From: Octopus vulgaris
Taxonomy: Eukaryota
Direction: 5' to 3'
Assembly (NCBI GenBank): GCA_951406725.2
Contig: OX597830.1
Location: forward strand, 69,502,001-69,566,000
Length of the DNA stretch: 64,000 bases
The translations under genes and the position numbers were made by a program. The notes under the pieces are model-generated. The model did not search any database, was not told the DNA's origin, and was given only the letters and a program-made list of their open reading frames with translations. Below are positions 28,737-42,534 of the stretch, in pieces. Numbering within the stretch: the first letter of the stretch is position 1; every line of letters starts with the position of its first letter.

Positions 28737-28827
28737 TAAATATATAACTTATAACTAGATCTCATTCATTTTATACTTTTTGAGATCTAGTTATAAGTTA
28801 TATATTTAAATTAAAAAAATAAAAATA

Positions 28828-28868
<41 letters not shown>

Positions 28869-28874
28869 AAAAAA

Positions 28875-29205
28875 AGACCCCCTTTGGTCATAAATGACCA
28901 TGGGATTGCATCCAGAAAGCTCTCTTCTGAGGCACAAATCAGAGCGAGGTTGCTTGTGAAAGACCAGCAGTTGCTCATGCATATCATCTTCCCTTCTCCA
29001 CACCCCTGATGTTGTCCAAAGGAAAAGCAAAGGCCGATACAGCTTGGCACCAGTAAGGTCATAACTTACTTCTACAGCCGTGTGAACCAGAGCAACTTGA
29101 AATAAAGTGTCTGACTCAAGAACGAACTCACAGCCCGGTCTGGGAATCAAGTTCACAACCTCTTGTTTGTAAGCCCAATGCTCTAAACACTGAACCATTT
29201 GCTTT
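28875..29205 (-). mobile_element. SINE family E
   Basis: Homologous to 5110-5441. Confidence 0.75.
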
Positions 29206-29259
29206 CATTATATGCATGTGTGTGTGTGTGTGTGTGTGTGCATACATGTATGTATGTAT

Positions 29260-29910
29260 GTCAGGTCACTTTCGAGTGCTACTGGTAACATGTAACCCAG
29301 TACAACCTGTTGAATGGTCGGGTCGTCGGCGACTAAACCGGCAACCCCACCAAGCTTTCTTGGTGAGGAGGGTGTTTATTGGACACCTTGCGGGATGAAA
29401 AACAAAACCCGTCAAAGGGCGGAGGAACTCTTGAGAGTCAACGGCCATCCAATAAATGTCTTAAGGCTGTATCATGCGCGGGGACATAGAAATAATCGGA
29501 CTGAATACCCGATCGCGTGGTTAAACCATTGGGAGTGAAGGACTCCTAGCCTTTGTTAGGGCATCCTTCTAGGAGAAGGTAACTTAAGTAACTGAGATAA
29601 CTCCGACATAAAACCTGCGGCTAAGTGGATACCGATGATGTTGACTTGTTCTTCTTTTCAGATTATGGCTGCTGTTGCTTAGTGAGTGGGATTGACTCAG
29701 TGCACAGCCTTTCCTCACTTTAGAAAAAAATCTTCTTGCACAGGCATTGCATGATAACAACATTGTTCATTATTGTTGATGGTGCTGTGAGTCTCAACTG
29801 AATGGCTGGCTGTAGCCTTAAAAATCAAATAAAAGTCACATTCGATCACAGCACCGATAACAGTTAAGCTTCGTGCAATGGCCATACTCGATAACGAGGG
29901 GGCAGCCATC
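29260..29910 (+). mobile_element. Bipartite non-autonomous RTE derivative (putative 5' UTR joined to the 3' end)
   Basis: The last ~80 bp match the RTE 3' end at 53817-53897 (KSHIRSQH*). Upstream is a hairpin-rich leader ending in ATG GCT GGC TGT. Flanked by (ATGT)n. Confidence 0.6.
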
Positions 29911-30185
29911 ATGTATGTGGGTGTGGGGCATCCTCTTGTCTTGATTTCATATGATGGGTCATAAATGAGCATCATCCATTTCCAATCTTCCATGAAAACA
30001 TGTCCAGCCATGGGGAAATATTTCTTTACTTGGGAACAGGAGAGAGTTGGTGACAGGAAGAGCATCCGGCCATAGAGAACCTACCTCAAATAATTCCATT
30101 TGGTCCAGGCAAGCATGGAAAAGCAGACACTAAAATGAGGATGACGACGATGATGATGATAATGGTAACAACGAGGATGATGATA

Positions 30186-30221
<36 letters not shown>

Positions 30222-30480
30222 GTGATGTGCTGATTTTCCCTTAAACACACATTTCTAAATCACTGCAGAGCATTTAACTTTCTTATATCACCTTCCCCAT
30301 TCCCTAAATATTCTAATCTTCATGAATATATGAAGAGGTGGTGGTGGTGGCCGGTGGGCGGAAGAGCTATTCTCTGTGTATTGTTCTTATCTTTAGAAAT
30401 GTTATGACACTGATACCTAACAAACTGAACTAAAATATGCAATTAAGATAGACACCGTCAACTGACATCTATTCACAAAA

Positions 30481-30524
<44 letters not shown>

Positions 30525-30829
30525 TAAAACAAAACCTTCCTTACTATCTAGTATATAAGAGAACAACTACATGTTGACCGTTTAATCCTGCCTGCAGGAC
30601 ATATATAAACACCAGAGACACTGTAGCAGGCAGTATTATTCTGTCTTTTATCAAGACATCTACATAAAATATGGTGGTGTCTAACTTCATTCAGCATTTC
30701 TATTTTTATTATCAAAGAAAATAAAACAAGCAAATAAGAATAAAAAAACTTACAGCTACACAATCACCTTCCACATGATTAGTGTAAGCGACACATTATT
30801 ACTATTATTACTATTATTATTATTATTAC

Positions 30830-30863
<34 letters not shown>

Positions 30864-30884
30864 GTTATTATTATTATCATATTA

Positions 30885-31370
30885 AATCAAAATCAAAATC
30901 AAACCAAATCAAATCAGATATCAGAAAGCAGAACCAAAATCGAAGTCGATCAACATCAATGGAAATTGCAGCTGTGATACCAGAGCCGGTGACAAGTAAG
31001 CGAACCATCCGATCGTGGCCGTTGCCAGCACCGCCCTGACTGGCCTCCGTGCCGGTGGCACGTAAAAAGCACCATCCGTTCGTGGCCATTGCCAGCCTCG
31101 CCTGGCACCCGTGCCGGTGGCACGTAAAAAGCACGTAAAAAGCTGGCCGTTTGCCAGCTCCGTCTGGCACCTGTGCAGGTGGCACATAAAAAGCACCCAC
31201 TACACTCACGGGGTGGTTGGCATTAGGAAGGGCATCCAGCCATAGAAACACTGCCAGATCAGACTGGGCCTGATGCAGCCTTCTGGTTTCACAGACCCCA
31301 GTTGAACCGTCCAACCCATGCTAGCATGGAAAGCGGACGCTAAATGATGATGATCATGATCATCATCATT
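30885..31370 (+). mobile_element. RTE-X-like LINE 3' UTR (family B)
   Basis: (AAAATC)n start, tandem units and (GAT)n tail. Confidence 0.8.
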
Positions 31371-31614
31371 ATTAATATTATTTATGAAAAGTAACGGCAG
31401 CAAGCTGACAGAACCGTTAGCACATCAGGCAAAATGTTTTATGATATTTCATCTGTTTTTACATTCTGAGTTCACATTCTGTTGGGGTCGACTTTTCCTT
31501 TCATCCTTTCAGGATCAATAAATTAGGTACCAGTGAAACACTGGGGTCGATGTAATCGACTAGTCCCCTCCCCACACATTTGTGCCTCATGTAAAAAGGA
31601 TTATTATTATTATT

Positions 31615-32066
31615 TTTTTAATTTCCTTCTTTCTTCAAATCTTCTTCCGTTTCTCGCCGAGTGTTTTCCATACACCTAGGGCAGAGAAGGGCATTGTATG
31701 CATTCCCAGATTACACGCGCAAATTCACAGATAAAATATGTATTTAAAAATTAATAAATAAATAAATTCATGGATGGATGTTATTTTCACGGTGATAGTG
31801 CTCTTCTCAGTACATGAGCCGTTCCAGTTAATACGATTTTTTGTACTTCCTGTAGGGATGGTAAGCCTGGAATCATTTTCAAATAGGCTTCAGTACCTTT
31901 TTTTATCATTCCTAGAAATCCTACAATCACTGGTACTGTAGTCACCTTGAGATGCCACATTTTTTTCAATTTCTATTAGCAGGTCTTTATATTTACTAAT
32001 CTTGTCAAATTCTTTCACCGCTATATTGTGATCACAGGGAATACTCATGTCAATTAATAAACACGA

Positions 32067-32068
<2 letters not shown>
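31615..32068 (-). pseudogene. R4/Dong-clade 3' fragment (second subfamily) in (TAA)n
   Basis: CLLIDMSIPCDHNIAVKEFDKISKYKDLLIEIE..MWHLKVTTVPVIVGFLG..QKIVLTGTAHVLRRALS. Confidence 0.85.
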
Positions 32069-32131
<63 letters not shown>

Positions 32132-32545
32132 CTTCGTCTAGCCCCTTGTGGGTAATAAAGAAATAAGAATCATTATCACACTGATCAAAATACATATCAG
32201 CCTTTTGTCCATCTTTATATTTTGAGAGTTTAAATATCATTGAGTTCAATAAGTACCAGTTGAGCACTAAGTTCAATGTAATTGACTCACCCCATCCCCA
32301 AAAATTTCAGGCCTTATGTCTATAGTAGTAAGGATTATTACTATTATTATCGTTTTTTTTTTTCTTCTTCTTTCAAATTTGCTTCCATTTCTTGCCGAGT
32401 GTCTTCCCGACTCCTAGGGCAAAGAAACTCATAGTATACATTGGTAGGCCATTAAACTAAACTCACTAGTTCGTTCATTTTTTTTTTTTAAGTTAAATTA
32501 AAATACATGGGTAGTAATAGTTCTCACATCGACAATGCTCTTCTC

Positions 32546-32601
<56 letters not shown>

Positions 32602-32969
32602 CACCAAGTTTGACTTTGCTTTTCATCCTTTCGGGGTCAATGAAATAAGTACACTAGGGTCAATGTATTCGACTAAGCCCCTCCCCTAATATTTCAGGTC
32701 TTGTGTCTATAGTAGAAAGGATTATTATTGCTATTACTGAGTCAGAGAGCAGCTCATGCCATCAAAGTGACGCTGGGGTACAAATATACAATGCCTAATA
32801 TGCCCATCATGATTAGCTGTCTGATAAGGGTACGACAGGCACGCACATTACATTAGCATATGTCAAACATGTTGATCTCATATCAAGATAAACAGTACAT
32901 GGCCTTGCAGGTGGGGTCCAATTAGAATTTTTTTCAGGTTGGATCTGAAAAACAATGCTCTCCCTAGAC

Positions 32970-33308
32970 CAGTGGTTCTCAACCAGGGTCCATATAAGAT
33001 TGGGGGTGGAGGGCACATAACAAAATAGTAAATTGGGGGTCCACAATAGTATTTTAAAGGCCCCAGAAAAAATTATGCTTTAGATGTATGTATTGGTTTG
33101 TACTGCAAAGACCAGCTACGTTTCTTTTTCTAACATGTTACATAGGTCAACCTACATGAGTTAATGTGTGAAAAACAAAATAGGAACTTTGAAAGAAGTT
33201 TCTAGAAAACTAGTTTTTAAACATCAAATGGCTATGGGAGTCCACCAGAATAAAATAGTAATCAAAGGGGGTCTATAGATAAAAAAAAAAGATCATTGAG
33301 AACCCCTC
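32970..33308. mobile_element. hAT (Charlie-like) MITE
   Basis: TIRs cagtggttctcaa / ttgagaacccctc; degenerate 8-bp TSD ccctagac / ctgtagac. Confidence 0.65.
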
Positions 33309-33378
33309 CTGTAGACCCAAATTTTACACAGATATAAATCAACTATAACAAATCCTGAGTAATTGCGTTAGCAACATA

Positions 33379-33612
33379 CCTATTTCTTTACTACCCACAA
33401 GGGGCTAAACACAGAGAGGACAAACAAGGACAGACAAACCGATTAAGTCGACTATATCGACCTCAGTATGCAACTGGTACTTAATTTATTGATCTCAAAA
33501 AGATGCAAGGTAAAGTCGACCTCGGTGGAATTTGAACTCAGAACGTAACGGCAGACGAAATATGGCTACGCATTTCACCTGGTGTGCTAACGTTTCTGCC
33601 AGCTCACCGCCT
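33379..33612 (-). mobile_element. SINE family C with a 16-bp TSD
   Basis: Perfect TSD ttgcgttagcaacata at 33363-33378 and 33613-33628; head ggcggtgagctggcagaa...gagttcaaattcc; tail ccccttgtgggtagtaaagaaata. Confidence 0.85.
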
Positions 33613-34194
33613 TTGCGTTAGCAACATAGCAATGATGCAATTTTCAGGCATAATACGCAAATGACATAATATAACATAAAATGCTAATTGCTTGAATATT
33701 GGGCAGATCATGTTCTAGTATCAACAAAAGCCCTGATAATGGATGAGTTGACTCATACATAGACATTTGTACAGAGTAGTTGAAAGATTATTATATATTA
33801 TATAAATAGAATAGTTTATTCTTGATTGTCAAGTTAAGACATATTTTTAAAATAAAATAAAAAAAGATAGTGTAGTATTCAAACAGAAATGTAAATCACA
33901 ACTAAATAACCTAGCCAGAAAAACAGCTGCATTGTCAAGTTTGCGTCAATAAGGAGCTTGTCAATAATGTATTACATATAACATACTGTGCTATGTTTAA
34001 TGTCGTGATTTAGTTATTAGAGTTGATATCACAATTGTAGGATTGTGGTTTCGATTCCAGGATTGGGTTGTGTGGTGTTTGTTTTTGAGCAAAACACTTT
34101 ATTTCACATTGCTCCAGTCCACTCTGCAGTAAATGATTTATCCTGCAATGGACTGGCATCTTGTTTTGGGGAATGTTGTGATTTTGGTCACTTA

Positions 34195-34520
34195 CAAGTC
34201 ATCTGCTTATGGGCACAGAGAACCTTTGATGTTGGGAATCTTGCTAAGAGATCCCAGCCGGAATGAGGAGATCAGGGATAGAACTGGAGTGAATGACATC
34301 GTTGCAGAATACCACCATGCAAAAACTACGATGGGCCAGTCATGTCGGAAGGTTAACGGACAATTGGTAAACCCGTGCAGTTGTTGAATGGCACTGACAT
34401 GAATGGAAGAGACCTCTTGGAAAACCTCCAATCAGGTGGGAAGATGATATAAGAAAGATGATTGGAACAATGTGGAGGAGAAGGGCAAGAGCATGAGGGT
34501 AATGGATCAAATGCTGGGGC
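34195..34520 (+). pseudogene. Old RTE-1-like LINE 3' ORF fragment
   Basis: MLGILLRD..RNEEIRDRTGVNDI..WASHVGR..RPLGKPPIRWEDDI, with frameshifts. Confidence 0.7.
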
Positions 34521-34766
34521 CAAGTTCCAGCTCTCCCTTCTTATTCAACTGGAGTATCCTTGTATCTTTTCTACAGCAAGACACCCAACACTATCCCTCT
34601 ACTCCAGGAATTGGCAAACTGGGGTAAATACGAAATTCTTGGGGGAAATGAGGACTAATAAGATGTAAGTAGAATTTTATAAAAAAAACGTTTTCCTTGT
34701 TATAACAGAAATTTTTTTCTGGTATGAGGAGGCAGCCAAAGGTTGCTGTGTTTTGCAACAACTTAC

Positions 34767-34930
34767 ATTTGCAAACAAGGATTTTCCCTCAAGTGAACAT
34801 AAAAACAAAGCAGAGTAATTGATTGGACCCTGAATGCTGTATCCAAATTGCTCTAGCATCAAATTGCCCCCAATTTTGATGTAATTGAAACAAAAATGAA
34901 ACAATATCATTTCTCCAAAACCTGGAGTTT
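34767..34930 (-). other. Candidate internal exon (164 nt) of a minus-strand transcript
   Basis: Acceptor tttttttctag| and donor |gtaagt; one frame is open (TPGFGEMILFHFCFNYIKIGGNLMLEQFGYSIQGPINYSALFLCSLEGKSLFAN); non-repetitive sequence; no recognisable homology. Confidence 0.4.
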
Positions 34931-36140
34931 CTAGAAAAAAACCTTTAGTTTCATAATGAAGATATTAATTTATTTTATTGCATTTCTTTTATACTTTTTA
35001 TATTTATAATTGTATTCTCCATGCAGATTCAATAAATCTTTTGAATTCAAAAAATCTATGATTTTCTTTCTTTCAAATCAAGGGGGTAAATTTGGCATAA
35101 ATAAATATATTTTGGGTTAATTGGTTAAAAAAGATCTCTGCTCTACTCTTTAAACTTCACACCTGGCACAAAGCCATCTCCTTCAATACTACTCCCCACA
35201 GCTGAGGGGACTTTGTTCTGCCTTGCAAATTACTTGGTGACTCCATCAGTGCTGGTGCCATGAAAAAAGCACCAAGTACATGTTGTAAAGTAGTTGGCAC
35301 TAGGAAGGGAATCCAGCCATAGAAACCATGCCAAAACAGACAAGTGGAGGTGCAATAGCCCAGTGGTTAGAGCAGTGAACTCGCGGTCATAAGAGCATGG
35401 TTTCGACTCCTAGACCAGGCATTGTGAGTGTTTATTGAGCAAAAACACCTAAGCTCCACTCCGGCGGGAAGGGATGGTGAACCCCGCTGTACTCTTTCAC
35501 CACAACTTTCTCTCATTCTTTCTTCCTACTTCTGCCACAAAGCAGAGGAACCATGGTGTAACGCACTATGGTGTGGTAAACTTTCAGACCCTAGTCTAGA
35601 TTGCAAATCCTCTGTACCCCAGGATGGTTCAGCTCTCCACCTATTAAAAGCTACTGTTTATGGAATGAGGATAACAACATAGCTTTCGTGCCCATGCAAC
35701 TGCCAGTATATTGCGTGTGGTGGGTGGATCTTCAAGTTGCCACATACATTCTTAGCAGCTTAGAGTAGGCTCGAATTAGAGATTATTCTTTGTGGTTAAT
35801 GGCGTGAGTCCAAAGGAGAAGAAGAAGAAGAAAACAGACAATAGAGCTGGGCACAGTCATCTGGCTTTGCAGCACTTGTCAAAACTGCCCAGACCTTGTC
35901 AACAATGATGATAATCTGGTGCGAGGGAAGATAATCTCATTTTTAGCAAACAAGGGTGACAACTTCATGTATGTTTCAGTCTTGTTAAGGTATAGGTAGA
36001 GTGGTGAGAGGAAGGTCAATCTGATTTTTAGCAGATACAAGCAACAACCCCATGCATATTTTGGTTTTATAAAATCTCCTCAGGAAATAAGCAATATATA
36101 GAGAGGAAAGTCAATCTGATCTTTTGCTGATAGGTATACG

Positions 36141-36352
36141 TTTTTACTCTTTTACTTGTTTCAGTCATTTTACTGTGGCCATACTGGAGCACCACCTTTA
36201 GTCGAGCAATTCGACCACAGGACTTATTCTTTGTAAGCCTAGTACTTATTCTATTGGTCTCTTTTGCCGAACCGCTAAGTTACAGGGGATGTAAACACAC
36301 CAGCATCGCTTGTCAAGCGATGTTGGGGGGACAAACACAGAAACACAAACAT

Positions 36353-36414
<62 letters not shown>

Positions 36415-36578
36415 GATGGGCTTCCTTCAGTTTCCATCTACCAAATCCATTCACAAGGCTTTGGTCGGCCCGAGGCTATAGTAGAAGACATTTGCCCAAG
36501 GTGCCATGCAGTGGGACTGAACCCGGAACCATGTGGTTGGTAAGCAAGCTACTTACCACACAGCCACTCCTACACCTA
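36141..36578 (-). mobile_element. SINE family A, full length
   Basis: Complete antisense copy of family A. Confidence 0.85.
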
Positions 36579-37831
36579 AGCATGTTAACTCTATGTATAT
36601 TACAGTTTATTAAACCTCTTTAGGAAATAGGAAATGTAGTGAACAGAAGGATAGTCTGGTCTTTAACAAAGGGGTAACAACTTTGGATATATTTCAGTGA
36701 AATTGTGCTAATAGACTTCATCAGCAAATCATAGTTTGCTTATCAAGGGAGCAACATTTATGCATATACAAGGATTGTACAAACACTAGTGTGACAAAAC
36801 AACGTAAAGCCCATGGTTATACTTTTTTTAATAAAAAGAAAAAAAGAAAAAATGTGTATCGAAGTCATCTAAAAACTGTGTTAGATCATAGTTCAGTAAA
36901 AATATATATATATATCTGTAGCATGAAATATTTTACAAGTGAATAAAGGTGATAATCAAAAACCAGTTAGAGATTTGACAACATAGTATGAACTGTGGAT
37001 TATTTGTTGAGCATTTTATTGGGCAATTCATGACAAAAACAATTACTAGATTCATGTGCTAGGACAGGGTTTGTGAAAGACATTACATGTATAATTGTAT
37101 TGAGCTGAACAAATTCTCACAACATTTAAATAAACATATTTCAAGAGTAAATATGTTACATGCGCTCTTTACAAAAAATTTCCAAACAAAAAAGTAGGCC
37201 TTAGAAGGCCTATGATAACAGAACCTATAAAAGGTTCCTACAGAATTTGTTTGAATGCTGAATTATTTCTCTCCTCAAAACAATATTCCAATGACCTCAG
37301 GTCAAAATATTCCCTATCCATATTAACAAACATATCAGCTGAAGCAAATTAATAACCATTATTTATTGAGTGGTAGAACACTGGGTGGTTTTAGAGTCGT
37401 TTTTGCTTTGTTCTGAAATTCACATGCTCATTTGTAAGCATGGAATAATTACAAAGACACTTTATAATTAACCAGGGCTTCATTTTAATGAATGGGAGTT
37501 AAGTTTAGACTATTCCGGCAAACACAGAGGAAAACAATTCTGTATTAGTTTACAAGGAAAAGGAAATGAATGGTTCTCAAGGTTTTTAATTACAAAAGAA
37601 ATTGTGAGAAATAAGGCTGAAAGAAATATTTATTAAAATATTCACACCACTCTCACTTGTGATTAGTGTTGATTTTACATCTACATTTATTCCAAATCTA
37701 TTGAATTTGCAGAGGCAAAAAGCTTATTACAAGTATTTTTAATAAATTTTGATTTTTTTTTTTAAGTGCAATATCTAGGACATTTTACAGGGCTTCCAAG
37801 TCGTATGAGAAGAGAAAGGAAAGGCACTTAC

Positions 37832-37983
37832 TCTCAGACAAAGTGGTGACCTTGCTTGAACACTCGCAACTAAAAGCGCTCAAGGACCAGGTAATGGTGT
37901 TAAACAGAGCGACAGTTTAACACCCTTTCATTAAAATATTGCAGGAATTGTACTCATACTTGCAACTAGTACTCATATCAAAT
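37832..37983 (-). other. Candidate exon (152 nt), probably non-coding or 5' UTR
   Basis: Acceptor ctctgtttag| and donor |gtaagt; all three frames contain stops. Confidence 0.3.
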
Positions 37984-38255
37984 CTAAACAGAGTTCCAAT
38001 CTATTGAGTTTACAGGAAAAAAATTATTATTATTGAGAACGAGATGGGCAAAATGTTAGAGTGTTAGATAAGTACTTTGTAGCACCTCCTCTTGCTCTTT
38101 ACGATCTTAGATCAAATTCTAGTGAGATCAACTTTGTCTTTCGGAGATCATTAAAATAAGTACCAGTAGAACTCTGGATTTGATGCAATTGACTTACTAC
38201 CTCCTCTGAAAACTGCTGGACTTGTGCCAAAGTTTGAAATTATTATTATTATTAT

Positions 38256-38633
38256 TCAGTAGTTTTATTTTTATAGCGTGCTTTCACTTCACTACCGAGC
38301 GCTGCTCTGTGTGCCTTGGGTATGTGTTGTGATTTGTTGTGATGCTCTGATGGTTATTGTATGGAAAGTGTTCTGCGTAGGATGTGTGCAGTGCCTAGTA
38401 GTGCAATTTTCTGTATGTTATATGTGTTTGTAAGTCCTGGTGTTTTTGTTATGTATTTGTCTGAATATTTTTTTATCATGCCTAATGCACCTACTATGAT
38501 AGGAATTGTTTCTGTTTTTAGATTCCACATTCTGGTCACCTCTATTTCCAGGTCTTTGTATTTTGAGAGTTTCTCCATTTCTTTTAGAGACACGTTGTCA
38601 TCTGCAGGTATTGATACATCAATTAGAAAGCAT
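38256..38633 (-). pseudogene. R4/Dong 3' fragment in (TAA)n
   Basis: Nearly identical to 28130-28510 (SLKEMEKLSKYKDLEIEV...HILRRTLSIQ); flanked by (TTA)n on both sides. Confidence 0.92.
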
Positions 38634-38669
38634 TTATTATTATTATTATTATTGTTATTATTATTATTA

Positions 38670-38719
<50 letters not shown>

Positions 38720-39108
38720 GGTCAGTTTGATTCAGTTTTGGCCTTATTACTGGTAGAATTTATGTGGATAGTGGGTTAATCTAGAAACCTTTGATATCCA
38801 CAAGCTTTCAATAATCTTTCAAGTGCTCAAAACTCTTCCAATAATCTTTCTTGTTTCTAAAAGGTAAACTTTCTGTAGAAACTCTACAGGACATCCCATT
38901 CCAGTCTCCTTTAACCGTTCATTTGTCTACATCATTGACTTATGTCTCGGAGGGGAACTATTTAGATTTTTAACCTTTATACTGATAATTGAAAATAATT
39001 CTTTGTAAAATTTTTTTCATGACTAAAGGTATTTAACAAAATCAAAAATTATTTATGACTCAACCCAATATCCTATTGCACCAGTTATTACAGACACAAC
39101 CTTTACAG

Positions 39109-39140
<32 letters not shown>

Positions 39141-39550
39141 GAAGGCACATAAAAAGCACCATCCGTCCGTGACCATTTGCCAGCTCTGTCTGGCACCTGT
39201 GCGGGTGGCACATAAAAAGCACCCACTACACTCACGGAGTGGTTGGCGTTAGGAAGGGCATCCAGCCGTAGAAACACTGCCAGATCAGACTGGAGCCTGG
39301 TGCAGCCGTCTGGCTTCACAGACCCCAGTTGGACCGTCCAACCCATGCTAGCATGGAAAGCGGACGCTAAATGATGATGATGATGATGATTGAAGCCATC
39401 ACACACTATTCAATATTGTGATGTTGTAGTGTGAAGATATTGTGCATATTTGGGATTTGTGCTACCTGTCAAGTCAAAACAAGGACTTCAAACAGACAGT
39501 ACTTTGTGCAGTATGCATGCAGTTCCAAGTAAAGCCATGTTATGTTGTTG

Positions 39551-39593
<43 letters not shown>

Positions 39594-39876
39594 TATTATT
39601 ATTATTACTATATGTTTGACTTTTGCTTTGTATTTGTACAACTTGGCTCCAAGTCTCACCCATAGACCTCCAGAGACAACAAGTTAAAAGTTCATGCTGG
39701 TGTTATGCCAAGGGTGTCATATATTTGGTTTTGCACGTTCAAGAGAATGCTTAAGAAAACAAGAAAAATTATGAGTTTGTTTTAAAATTTGAGATTACAT
39801 AGACAGTATTTTACATAGAATATGAGCAGTTCCCATGAGCACTATCTTTTAAATTTCTGCCATCATCATCATCATT

Positions 39877-39948
<72 letters not shown>

Positions 39949-40098
39949 TGAACGAACTATTGAGTTTGGTTTAATGGCCTACCAATGTATACTATGAGTT
40001 TCTTTGCCCTAGGAGTCGGGAAGACACTCAGCAAGAAATGAAAGCAAATTTGAAAGAAGAAAAAAATTATAATAATAATTATAATAATAATAATAATA

Positions 40099-40133
<35 letters not shown>

Positions 40134-40957
40134 TATAATAATAATTATAATAATAATAATAAGGCAGCGAGCTGACAGAATCATTAGCACACTGGATGAA
40201 ATGCTTGACGGTATTTCGTTCGTTGCTCCGTTCTGAGTTCAGAGGTCGACTTCGCCTTTCATCTTTTTGGGGGTCAATAAAATAAGTACCAGTTGAACAC
40301 TGAGGCTCGATGTAATCGACTCATCCCCTTCCCCAAAATTGATGCCCTTGCTGAAAAATTTCAAGCTATTATTATTAATATTATTATTATTATTATTACT
40401 ATTAATAATAATAATTATTATTATGTGGGGATGTATGGCCTAGTAGTTAGGGTGCTACACTCACCATCATGAGATTGTGGTTTCAATTCCTAAACCAGGT
40501 GGTGAGTTGTGTTCTTGAGCAAAACACTTCCTCTCACATCAGTCTGCAATCACTTTGACATCTGACATGCGATAAACTGTACACCTGTTCAGGTAACATT
40601 GATTTGATGGAGGGAATGTATGTCACATACATTTGAACACTATAAACAGATCAGTGGTGCAAGTCGTTTGGCTAAAACCGAACACTCATATGTTATCTTT
40701 GATGGGAGAGTCCATCATTATTATTATTAAGGCAAGCTGGCAGAATCATTAGCTAGCTAGGTAAACTGCTTAGAAACATTACATTCTGAGTTCAAGTTCT
40801 ACCATGGTCAACTTTGCTTTTCTTCCTTTTGGGGTCAATAAAATAAACACCAGTTGAGCACTGGAGTCAATATAATCAACTTGCCCTCTCTCCCAAAATT
40901 GCTGGCCTTGTGCCACAATTTGAAACCATTATTATTATTACTATTGTTGTTGTTGTT

Positions 40958-40988
<31 letters not shown>

Positions 40989-41234
40989 TTATTATTATTA
41001 TTATTTGAAGGCAGAATCGTTAGCATGCTGGACGAAATGCTTTGCGGTATTTCGCCTGTCAGTATGTTCTGAGTTCAAATTCTACATAGGTCGACTTTGC
41101 CTTTCATCCTTTCGGGGTCGATAAATTAAGTACCAGTTGCGTACTGGGGTGAATGTAATTGACTAGTCCCCTCCCCGTAAATTTGAGGCTTTGTGCCTCC
41201 AGCAGGAAGCATTATTATTATTATTATTAATATA

Positions 41235-41283
<49 letters not shown>

Positions 41284-42027
41284 GCTTAATAAGGAGAGGA
41301 AAGACAATGTCTTTTGAAGGTCTTCAAGAGTAATAAGAGGAGGAAGGGAGAATTTTCTTCTCAGATTGGAAATTTGGCCTAAATACTTGCAACAGAGTGA
41401 ATTCCACCAAAGACAACCATGTGCTAAGTAGTGATATTAAACCAGGCAACAAATTAAGTTTACTCAGTGCTTTCTATCATAAGGGGCACACTAGCAATTT
41501 GCCTAGGGGCACCATAGATGTAAATGGGGATGAGGGTATAGAGAAGGGCCTAGAGCTTATTTATGTATGCCATGGCTGTACATCGAGGGGTTTCAGTGCA
41601 AGGCTTTTTTCAGACTGTGGAGCTATAACACTGCCAAGATGGCTATTCCCTATCATCCAAGGACTCTTTTACTTGTTTCAGTCATTTTGACTGCAGCCAT
41701 GCTGGAGCACCGCCTTTAATTGAGCAAATCGACCCCAGGACTTATTCTTTATATGCCTAGTACTGATTATATCAGTCTCTTTTGCCGAACCCCTCAGTTA
41801 CGGGGATGTCAACACACACACAAACATATACACACACATACATATATCACTACACTCGCGGAGTGGTTGGTGTTAGGAAGGGCATCCAGCCGTAGAAACT
41901 CTGCCAGATCAGACTGGAGCCTGGAGCAGCACCTGGCTTCCCAGACCCCGGTCGAACCATCCAACCTGTGCTAGCGTGGAAAACGGACGTTAAACGATGA
42001 TGATGATGATGATGATGATAAATATAT

Positions 42028-42098
<71 letters not shown>

Positions 42099-42154
42099 CC
42101 TTGGGCCGACCAAAGCCTTGTGAGTGGATTTGGTAGGCAGAAACTGAAAGAAGC

Positions 42155-42191
<37 letters not shown>

Positions 42192-42534
42192 GATGGGCTT
42201 CTTTCAGTTTCTGTTTACCAAATCCACTCACAAGGCTTTGGTCAGCCTGAGGCTATAGTAGAAGACACTTGCCCAAGGTGCCACGTAGTGGGACTGAACC
42301 CGGAACCATGTGGTTGGTAAGCAAGCTATTTACCACACAGCCACTCCTGCACCCGGGACATTAACATGGTCCTTCCAAAGGTTTCTCATCGCAGTTTCCA
42401 TCTACAAAATTTTACTCACAAGGTGCTGGTGTCACATAAAAATCCCCTGTGCCAATGCCATGCAAAACACACCCAAGCTGGTGCCACATAATAAGCATCC
42501 ATGCTAGTGTCATGTAAAAAAAAAAAACACTCAG

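Noticed and set aside
37880-37935. SECIS element on the minus strand (ATGA...AAA)
   Set aside because: No correctly spaced 3' GA to form the kink-turn core, and no selenoprotein ORF.
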